NCBI GenBank assembly: GCA_964016885.1
Contig: OZ024744.1
Span: forward strand, 50,840,001-50,904,000
Direction: 5' to 3'
DNA length: 64,000 bases
Source of the DNA: Eledone cirrhosa
Taxonomy: Eukaryota
Both the position numbers and the translations under genes were made by a program. The notes below the pieces were generated by a model. That model had not been told where the DNA came from, did not search any database, and saw only the letters and a program-made list of their open reading frames with translations. Shown in pieces: positions 39,887-52,312 of the stretch. Position 1 is the stretch's first letter, and each line of letters opens with the position of its first letter.

Positions 39887-42800
39887 TGTAGCGGCCCCTT
39901 ACGGCTGTAACTCAGCACGTATAGGAGTTGCGACGGTCGCGACTCCCAATGGCAGATACGTATAGGAGTTGCGTCCCTTTGTGACGGTCGCGACCCCCAG
40001 TGGCAGATCCGTGTACTAAATGGAGCCCCCCCCCCCCCCTGGGGACTATATATTTGAGGACAATCAAGGCATAACTCTCACTTCCTACGCCGTAACAAGA
40101 AGAACACTCCAGACCTTGTCAAGACATGACTTCCTGCGCCGGCAGCCTAAAGCAACACTTGAACCTTAACCTTACCAAAAGAATTTTTCTGTTCTTCTCT
40201 ACACACTCCAGTCTGAGAGATTTGACTTCTGTGAAGTAAAACCGTGTCACAACACTCACCTGCATTTATTGTCATTCTTGATAATATATATTCACTGATA
40301 CTAATATCCTAAATTGGTGACCCCGACGTATGGTTCGCCCAACTCGAAGCATTTTTCGAGGCGAACAGAATTGACGAAGCACAACAACGTCCTCTGGTCC
40401 TTAGTGCAATTCCGCCGCCACTTATCCCAGCGATTAAGGACCTGGTGTTAGAGACACCCACCGACGCGACGTACAAGTCTCTGAAGGCTGAAATACTCAG
40501 CCGGACTGCACAGTCCGCAGAAAAAAGGTTTAGGGCTCTAGTCCATCTGGAGCATATCGGTGATGACACCCCTTCGAACCTCCTAAGGAGAATGAAGGAC
40601 CTAACGGAGGGGTCGGTAGCGGAAACTGCCATGCTGAAGCAGTTGTCCTTCTCGAGCCTACCGACCAACGGTAGGGATACTTGAACGGTGGATCAGCTTG
40701 CCGCCTCCGCGGACAAAGTATTCGAAGTCACGGGTGCTGGAGGCAGCGACGCCCTTGCCGCTGTTTCCCAACCAACTCAGGCCACACCTGGCCATGCCAT
40801 CTGCGCGGCAGCTCCTACAGAAAGCTCAGCTATTATGGCGATGCAGAGGGCCATTCAGGAACTCATCCTGGAGCTCCAGAAGATGAAGGTCTGGTGTGGT
40901 GTCCGTTCGTGCCCCCGCAACCACGGGAGATCTCAATCATTTAGACGCCGCTCCAAGTCACCAGCCTCATCTTTATGCTGGTACCATGAGCGATTTGCCG
41001 AGAGCGCGAACCATTGCATGCAATCTTGCTCGTTTCATAAGGCGGGAAACGCCAAAGAGGTCCGCTAATGGGGTCAGTTGACCTCAACATAAAGCCACCA
41101 AACCGCCATTTCTTCATTAAGGACCTTAGGAGCGGATTTCTTCCACAACTTCTCTTTGACTATGGACGTCCGTGGCCAACGCCTGGTGGATGACATCACC
41201 GGTTCTTCAATTCGTGGCCGGAAAGCCAATGCTCCAACAGTCAGCCCCATATTCTTCATCGCTGCCGCTGGAGACACCTACCATTCGTTATTAGGTTCTT
41301 TCCCGGAGCTCACCGATGGAAATTTTCGAGTCACTGAGCCAACACACTCAACTGAACATTTCACTTCCACCACCGGTGCTCCAGTGTTTTCGCGTCCACG
41401 CCGCTTACCGGCGGACAAATTAAAGGCAGCACGGTCCGAATTCGACCATATGCTACAGCTGGGCATTATTCGCTCATCTACGAGTTCTTGGGCTTCACCA
41501 TTGGGGATTATAGAAGGTTAAATGCTATGACCGTCCCGGATAGGTATCCCATTTCCCATTTCCAGGATTTCGCATCTTCATTGCAGGGGTGTAAGATTTT
41601 CTCAAAACTAGATTTAGTGCGAGCTTACCACCATATTCCGGTCAGGAAGGAGGATATTCCGAAAGCGGCGATTACAACTCCTTTCGGATCCTTCGAATTT
41701 TTTACCATGCCTTTCGGACTCAGGAACGCGGCTAGCACTTTTCAGCGGTTCATAGACGAAGTCACTCGTGGTCTGGACTTCGTTTATGCTTACATAGACG
41801 ATATTCTCGTCGCTAGTTCCTCTCCGGAAGAGCATATGCGCCACATGCATCTCTTATTTCGGCGACTTCAGGATTACCGCGTTCGTGTGAATCCCGCAAA
41901 GTGTGTTTTCGGTTGCAATTCGCTAAATTTTTTAGGCCACCTCATCGACCCCGAAGGTATTAGGCCGCTCTCTCAGCGAGTTCAAGTCATACAGGATTTA
42001 CCTCCGCCTACTACACTCCACCAGTTGCGTCACTTCTTGGGCCTAATCAATTTCTATAGGCGTTTCGTTCCTCATTGTGCTAATTTGCTATCTTCCCTTA
42101 CTGACATTTTGAAAAATCGTCTTAAGAAGAATGAGGATATTTCCTTGACAGCTTCAAGACTTCCAGACTACCAAGACAGCACTCGCTAGTTCATCTTTGC
42201 TAGCCCACCCGGTACCAGAGGCCAAGCTTTCGCTTTGTGTTGTTGCATCTGATACCGCTGTGGGAGCAGTTTTACAGCAGTACAACGCTGGAAACCAACA
42301 ACCTTTGGCATTTTTCTCAAGGAAGCTGAAACCAGCAGAAACGCGTTACAGCACGTTTGGGCGGGAATTATTAGCCATATATCTGTCGGTGAAACATTTC
42401 TCTCATATTCTTGAGGGGAGAAATTTTACTGTTTTAACCGACCACAAACCTCTGACCTTCGCTTTGAGGGCTAAAGCCGACAGATATTCGCCCAGAGAGA
42501 CAAGACACCTGGATTACGTTTCGTAATTTACAAATGATATCCAGCACATTGCTGGTTCGCATAACATAGCTGCAGACGCATTGTCACGTTTGCCAATCAG
42601 CTCCATCTCGTCATCCCAGGAGATCGACTTAGGTCGTTTAGCTGCAGACCAACCTGCACTCCAATCGTTGGATACTCTTTCTGCCGAGTTTGCGACTTGC
42701 ATCTTCAAATATCTGCCCTTGTCGACCACCGACAGGCAGATTCTATATGATGTATCTACGGATTCACCACGACCATATGTTCCTGAGACTCACCGTCGAA

Positions 42801-44555
42801 TTGTGTTCCTTGCTTTGCACAGCATTTCTCACCCAGGAATTTCTGTCACAGTAAAGCTTATAACGGCTAGATTTTTCTGGCCCAATATGAGGCGAGAAAT
42901 TACTCTCTGGTGCCGTTCCTGCACACAGTGTCAGAGATCTAAAGTCCACAGACACATCTGGACTCCACTTGGTACTTTCAGCACTCCAGATGCTCGGTTT
43001 CAACACATCCACATTGATATCGTTGGACCTTGGCCATTCAGCAGTGGATATTCGTACCTCTTGACCTGTATCGATCGTTTTTCGCGATGGCCTCAAGCCA
43101 TCCCCTTAAAAGATATTACTGCTGAGACTGTAGCGCGTGCCCTGGTATAAGGGTGGATTACCCGCTTTGGGGTACCAACTACAGTCACCACAGACCGTGG
43201 TAGACAATTTGAGTTTCATCTTTTCTCTGAGCTCACAAAGATTCATTGGCGCTCAACGGATTCGGACCACAGCTATCATCCTGCTTCAAACGGAATGGTG
43301 GAACGATTCCACCGCCAATTAAAGGCCGCATTCGCGCCTATCCAGACTCTCAACGTTGGAGCGAGTACCTTCCTATTGTGTTGTTAGGAATTCGGTCATC
43401 AATAAAGGAGGACCTTGGGTTCTCCCCGGCCGAATTACTGTATGGTGCTCCCTGCCTAGGAAAACGCTTGCCCCTGTTGATCTTGCTTTCCAGGACCCTG
43501 TTTCCTACGTATCTCGTTTGCGCTCCTATTTTCAGGACTTACCGCCCATGAATACTAGGAAACAAACTATAAAACTGCAGTCCCGAGGGATAGTGCCTCG
43601 CGGACACATGTATTCGTCAGAAACGATGCGGTTACTCCACCCATCACACAACCGTACTCTGGACCCTACCGTGTGTTAGCACGTACTGACAAACATTTCA
43701 CTGTAGACATTAAGGGTCCAGAGAGACAATTTCGGTGGAGAGACTAAAAAGGGCGTACAATGACGCTCATACACCCGAGCCACAAATACCCCAATCTTTC
43801 TCTCTTGTGCATACACCTACTCCTTCTGCCCCACCTTTATCTACATACAAGACCACGACCCGTTCCGGTCGAAGAGTCCACTGGCCCAAAAAACTGTTTT
43901 CATGTGAACTGGCCACTGGAGCCTTTTTTTTTGTTTTTCTCTTTATTGTATTACCATGTACCTTTTCGTTACCATTTCATGCCTATGCTGGGAGCCCATG
44001 TTTGTGGGTTCGCTACAGTTACCTTCGGGCTTTTCGCCTAGCGTCTGGAGGAGGGTACTGTAGCGGCCCCTTACGGCTGTAACTCAGCACGTATAGGAGT
44101 TGCGTCCATTTGCAACGGTCGCGACTCCCAGTGGCAGATACGTATAGGAGTTGCGTCCCTTTGTGACGGTCGCGACTCCCAGTGGCAGATCGATGTACTA
44201 AATGGAGTCCCCCCCCCCCAGGTGACAATATATTTGAGGACAATCAAGGCATATCAAGGCATAACTCTCACTTCCTACGCCGCAACAAGAAGAACACTTC
44301 AGACCTTGTCAAGACATGACTTCCTGCGCCGGCAGCCTAAAGAAACACTTGAACCTTAACCTTACCAAAAGAAGTTTTCTGTTCTTCTCTACACACTCCA
44401 ATCTGGGAGTTGTGACCAACTGAACATCAACATGTGGTAACAATTATTTATATTAATTTATTTGACTTCTGTGAAGTAAAACCATGTCACAACACTCACC
44501 TGCATTTATTGTCATTCTTGATAATATATATATACACTGATACTAATATCCTAAA
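39887..44555 (+). mobile_element. Ty3/Gypsy LTR retrotransposon, complete ends but defective
   Basis: LTRs at 39887-40313 and 44059-44555; CAAT TSD on both sides; PBS TGGTGACCCCGACGT (40315-40329); PPT GGAGGAGGG before the 3' LTR. Contains gag (WFAQLEA..CWYH..F), RT ([14 protein letters not shown]), RNase H (RYSTFGRELLA) and integrase (HPG..C..CQ, HIDIVGP), in RT-RH-IN order. Confidence 0.96.
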
Positions 44556-44999
44556 CAATCATCCATTAATTTAATCCAAACCAACGAACAGATAAACTCA
44601 AAGTAAATGACATCAAACCACGATCCCGGATAATCCTGGAAACAAACCCCGCCAAATCTAATCACCAACTTAACCAACACTAAATAACCTGGATACCCCC
44701 CCCCCCCCCCAACGATACACAGCGGAGTAAAACTTGCATATAAACTTAAGACAGGAGTTTAATTAAAAAGAAAAGGTGGAGGCTAAAATGAATATAAACA
44801 TCACAAAACATCATCATCACCATCATCACCACCACCACCAACATCATCATCGCTACTAGCAATTGTTGGATAGGTCATTATAATGCACACAGCTGATTAG
44901 GTCACCAAGGTAACAAAAAGAAAAATGTCAACAACTTCTAAAGAGCCTTCCTAGTTACTGTGGGTATCTCATATGTGTTGTTAATGCTTACTTCTATAT

Positions 45000-45265
45000 A
45001 TTTGTTGCATAAAAGTCTAACATATAACCCGCCTGTAATCCCACTACATCTCTTGTACATTCACTTTATGGAATCTCTGCCCTCTCCTTTCTAATGAATC
45101 AAACAAGGTCCTTTTCCTCTTTCCTACTTATTACAACTTTGGTACTTGTTAAGTTAACTTTTAGGCCTATCAACTCCAGGTTTTTCTTCCATGCCTGAAA
45201 TTTGGCCTCTAACTTTTCCATGGATTCAGTTATAAGGATTAGGCCAGAAATAACAGCATCACTCT
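45000..45265 (-). mobile_element. Small RTE RT fragment
   Basis: LILITESMEKLEAKFQAWKKNLELIGLKVNLTSTKVV. Confidence 0.55.
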
Positions 45266-45379
45266 CTTTAGAAGGTAGAACACACAGGACAATGTAACCC
45301 AAGATAGTCACGACTGTAACACCTTTCACCATAAATTTTGTTTGATAAAAGCTGACATCTGCTACTACAAAACATCAAT

Positions 45380-47365
<1,986 letters not shown>

Positions 47366-47846
47366 CTAGAAGATGAAATGGTAAAAGCTAGATTGTTAAT
47401 ATAGGAACATTCTTTAATGTTGTTTCTACTTTTGGTAGAGGACCAACAACTTTGGGACAGGAGAAAAGTACATTACTGGTACTTTATTTTATCGACCTCG
47501 TAAGGATAAAAGGCAAAGCTAACCTTGGTGGGATTTGAACGAAAATAGCTGTAAGAAATATGTCGCAAAGCAGGTTGTCCGACGCTCTACCGATTACTGC
47601 CGATTCACAGCATTCTTTAACGTAACAGATAAAACTAGAACACATTCAGAATCTTAATAATAATAATACGTCACTATATAATTATAATAATGCTTTTGTG
47701 TGGATGGCCAACTCACACAGTGACAGAGGTGGTGAATAGATAGATAGATAGTGCGTGTAAGTGTGTGTGTGTTTGGGGTATATATATATGGAGAGAGGGG
47801 GGGGTGAGAGAGAGGGGTGAGTGAGAGAGAGGGGGTGAGAGAGAGG

Positions 47847-47917
<71 letters not shown>

Positions 47918-48610
47918 TAAGATTGTAGTAATGTAGATAAATATAGATTAAAGAAGGAGATGATGCTGCAACACAGTGTGAAAAATGAAGACGTGTGGAG
48001 TAAAATGGTCGTGGGTTCGATATCTAGACCAGGTAGCATGTTGTGTTCTTGAGCAAGACACTTCATTTCCCATTCTTTTTCACAAAGAAATGTTCTTCTA
48101 TGGGATACAACCTCATAGAAGGTCAGCTAAATCTACTGTGAACTGTAACAATACACACACGTACATACATACACATATATATACACACACACAAGCACAC
48201 ACACGCATATATATATACATACATACTTACATACACACATACACATACAAACATACAAACATACATACCTACATACATACATACATACATACATACATAC
48301 ATACATACATACATACATACATGGTGGCTGCCAACTCGTTTTCGAGTATGGCCACTACTTTATGTCCATGAGGGAGAACCCCTACCGATGCGCTGAACGA
48401 GTGTGACTTTTTAGTCCAGCCAGCGACTTGAAAACTCTGGTACAAACACTTCACTTGTAACAATTACTGACGCATAGTGCAGGGCCCATGGTACCATATG
48501 ATGACAAGTGCAGAGAGATCTCCAGATATAAAGCAATGCCTGTGCCGTGAAGCTTTTATAGTGAGCAAAGGCACTGCACAAAGCCAGTCCCACTTTCTTA
48601 ACCAAGATGA

Positions 48611-48644
<34 letters not shown>

Positions 48645-48685
48645 CATACATACATACATACATACATACATACATACATACATAC

Positions 48686-50614
48686 ATGTATATTTAAGGG
48701 GGACAGTCTCTCTGTGATATTGTTCATCTTGTCATTAAACCCCTTGTCCTTTCTGCTCAAGAAATGTGAGGGATACATCATTGGCTCACAGGAGGACAGA
48801 AATACGAACCTAACCCATAACTTCTTTGTGGACGATCTGAAACTCTATGCCAAGAACATGGATGGGATGAAGAAAAATCTTGACCTGGTTACAACGTTCT
48901 CAAAGGATATAGGAATGGAGTTTGGCCAAGATAAATGCTCATACATGACTGTAAAGCGGGGAAAAACAACAACCCAATCTAGCAACATTGTCATCAATGG
49001 TCTAACTGTTTCACCGATATCTGATGAGGCCTGCTACAGATACCTGGGGATAGATGAGAACATATCCTATAATGGTATCTGTAAAGAACGCGTAACCAGG
49101 GAATACTACACCCGATTAAGAAAGATATGGTCATCGGAACTCTCTGCGCAAAACAAAACAGTGGCTCACAATGTGTTTGCTGTGCCTGTCCTAACACCAA
49201 CGTTTGGAATACTCAATTGGACGATAGACGAAATCCGAGCAGTTGATGTTGGAACTCGAAAAATACTAAACAACACCGGAAACTTCCACATCGACAGTGA
49301 CATAGACCGCATTTACTTGAAACGTAAGCAGGGAGGCAGAGGCCTAACATCAGTCCAGACAACATTTGAATGTCGCATCATATCCCTCCGACAACATCTA
49401 CGAACCTCGAAGCGTAGGATCCCGCTTCTCGAGCAAGTCTATCTGCATGGAACAGATAAGATCATGAGAGTTGGGAAGGAACTCCTTGAGAGATATTCCC
49501 TGTGTGATAATCAAAAACTCACACCCAGGGATGTCGCTCAGCAGTATCGCAGTGAATCCATGGATGAAAAACTGCATGCCTATCAGCAAAAAATCATGCA
49601 TGGATATGTTGCCAGGAAGCTCCAGAGTGAGAATAATATAGATAAGGAAAGTAGTTTATCTTGGACCAACAACCGCTATATTGGCTCCCACTTTGAAGGA
49701 TACGCTTTTGCAATCCAAAAACAGGAGATTAGCACGAAATACCTGATTCACAAAAGAGATAGGGATGCAGGCAAAACACCTAGATGTGATAACAAATGCA
49801 GACTCTGCAGAACTAACACCGAGGATATCACCCAAGTCATCAGCAGCTACCCAAAGATGTCATCGCGGTACTATCTACCTATGAGGCATGATGTAGTGGC
49901 CAAAACACTGTACAATGCAGTTCGTAAAAAAGATAAAAAACATTAAAAGCTACAACAATGTGGAAGACATCCATGTACATAATATGAAAGAGTACTGGTG
50001 GAATGTTCCAGTAAAAACCCCAATAAAATGCAGGCATAACAGACCAGATATTATGATATGGGACAGGGAGAAGAAAACATGCACAGTAGTGGAAATTAGC
50101 TGCCCAGCAGATGCCAATATAATATCAAAGATTAGTGAAAAGGAGAATATTTATGCAGAACTGATGAGAAATCTGCAGATACTCCACCCTGATTACACCT
50201 TCAGATTTATGCCTGTGATTATTGGGGCACTGGGATATGTTAGTAACTGCCTCAATACAAATCTTGAGAAGCTAGCCTTCACAGGAACAGAAAGAACACA
50301 ACTGGTTAGGAAATTACAAGTACAATCCATTAATGGAACAGTAAAAATATGTAAAACATTCCCAAAATTTTGCATCTAATAACTGCATATACACATGTAC
50401 AGATACAAAACATATACACATGCACACATACAACTCAAAACATCCACATCCACACATACAATAACATCCATATATACACATGCATGCATGCAGACATACA
50501 TACATATCTACCTAGTTGATGTTGTGTAAATTCCAATGAGAGAGTCTTGTGTCTATCTTAGAGACCGACTCTCTCTCTATTGGTAAAACTTTGTGAAATT
50601 ATAAAACCAGAAGA

Positions 50615-50616
<2 letters not shown>
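48686..50616 (+). mobile_element. 5'-truncated R4/Dong-clade non-LTR retrotransposon inserted in (ATAC)n
   Basis: IFKGDSLSVILFILSLNPLS, FFVDDLKLY, YRYLG and RKQGGRGL; degenerate zinc knuckle CRLC..EDITQVISSYP; RHD; after one frameshift the RLE motif NRPDIMIWD..VVEIS..K..Y. (ATAC)n lies on both sides. Confidence 0.9.
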
Positions 50617-50647
<31 letters not shown>

Positions 50648-50669
50648 CAGACATATATACATATAAACG

Positions 50670-51464
50670 GTATGTTTTGCAGTCGTTGTAGTTGAGTGTT
50701 GTTCAACGCAATGTTATGTAAGCATAAAAAGGAAATGAAGTCAAAGAGTTGGACATGCGGTGAGATAAAGTAAAATAAAATAAATCAAGATAAAACTTGT
50801 TTTAAGATGGTTTACGTTTTAGTGTTCGTTTAGGTAGGCGTGGAAGGGTGGTTAGATATGATTATGGTGAAATATAGGTGTTTGTGGGAGGAGGTATGCG
50901 GGGTGGTTTAGTTAGATTAATGATGGGTGTAGAAGTGATAAGGATGAAATCAGATAACATTCTATGAAATAAAGTGGAAAGAAATATCACGAACGGGCAC
51001 GTAGCTACGGACTAAGAGCCTCGTTGCTGGGTTAGTAGTGTTTAATTGTGAGCGTTTTCGGTTTTTCCTTCGTCAGACATATATACTCTGTTTCCTTTTC
51101 TAACAAGTCCAGATAATTCCGACGGTTCAGTGAAATTTCCTTTTATATAATAAAGTGTGTTTCCGCAATTCGGAGGTTTGCCCTGTTTCTGCAAGTATTT
51201 TCGTTGTGATAACTTCTCCATACACTGCGATCAGGGGTATTGTTTCGTGGTAGTGTTCCTTAATTCTGTGGTGTAGTTGGACCTGATTTAGTTATTCCTG
51301 TGGGCCCAGCTTAGCGCATGCACTACGTGGTCTCTGAATTATTTCAAGGGAAGTGATATTGTCTTTAACGGGGAAACACCTAAAGTAGCAGGTTTCTTAT
51401 TCAGTGTTGTTTTGTTAGAGGCACAGTTTCAATGTCCGCCCACACCACGTAATTCACGCTAAGA
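50670..51464 (-). mobile_element. Decayed Penelope-like element 3' end
   Basis: Minus-strand fragments QLHHRIKEHY, ITTKILA and NLRIAETHFI (GIY-YIG C-terminal part), followed by a hammerhead motif. Confidence 0.6.
51047..51079 (-). ncRNA. Minimal hammerhead motif of PLE pLTR
   Basis: UGU-CUGACGA-A-GG AAAAA CC-GAAA-ACGC-UC-ACA. Confidence 0.55.
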
Positions 51465-51567
51465 CAGTGACGTAGCTAGAATGCGTGTCGCCTAGGGCAG
51501 CTATTCAGTTTGCCGCCCCCAGGCCCCACAAAAAATACTTATTGCATAGTGACTAACTCTTAAAGTT

Positions 51568-52049
51568 ATATATATATATAAAAGAAATAGGATTTCGCTT
51601 CAAGCATAGCTTTATACAATGTGTATAGAAATTTCGTATTTCGAAAGAAATACGATTTTAGGAAGCCGTAGCTATGCGAACACCGGGGGACTAACGCCCT
51701 CTGGTGTTGTCCAGCAAGGAGGACAACCGTCTATGCATTTCAGGCTTGACTGGTCATCGTCAGGACGATCCCTCCCACCTCTCTGCGACTGCTGGACTTG
51801 AAAACAGCCGAGAATATATACTTTTCTCGTCTGTGTAAATGAGGTGTTTAATCTCATTTGCATATGAAGCTGCATAAGTTGGCTCAACTTATAATAGAAA
51901 AGAAATAGGATTTCGCTTCCCCTGAAATGCATAGACCGTTGTCCCCCTTGCTTCTGCTGGACAACACCAGAGGGCGTTATCCCCCCCCCCCCCCGATGTT
52001 CGCATAGCTACGGCTTCCTAAAATCGTATTTCTTTCTAAATACGAAATT

Positions 52050-52095
<46 letters not shown>
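51568..52095. mobile_element. Fold-back hammerhead-bearing element nested in the hAT, inserted in (TA)n
   Basis: Inverted arms 51627-51744 and 51921-52052; 22-bp direct repeat AAAAGAAATAGGATTTCGCTTC at 51580 and 51898. Confidence 0.8.
51725..51770 (-). ncRNA. Minimal type I hammerhead motif (stem II partly deleted)
   Basis: GAUCGUC-CUGACGA-UGAC CA GUCA AGCCU-GAAA-UGCA-UA-GACGGUU. Confidence 0.65.
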
Positions 52096-52099
<4 letters not shown>

Positions 52100-52114
52100 C
52101 TAGTCTGTGTACAA

Positions 52115-52312
52115 TTATAATTGTTTCTACTTTTGGCACCAGGACAGAAATTATCCCAGTGCATTACTGGTACTTTATTTTATCGAGCCCGTAAAGATGA
52201 AAGGCAAAGTTAACCTCGGCGGGATTTGAACTCAGATCATAAAGGGACGTAACAACTCTATGCTGGAAAGCATGGCGCCCGACCCTCTATCGATACTGCC
52301 AATCCACCGCCT
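52115..52312 (-). mobile_element. Meta-domain-like SINE with target-site duplication
   Basis: Flanked by CTGTGTACAATTATAAT on both sides (~52106 and ~52312). Confidence 0.85.

Noticed and set aside
48321-48435. HDV-like ribozyme upstream of the R4 element
   Set aside because: A P1-like pairing exists, but I could not build P1.1, L3 or the J4/2 catalytic C convincingly.
48477-48685. N-terminal part of the 489-aa ORF
   Set aside because: It is chance read-through across an unrelated insert and the (ATAC)n tract; RT homology starts only at ~48686.
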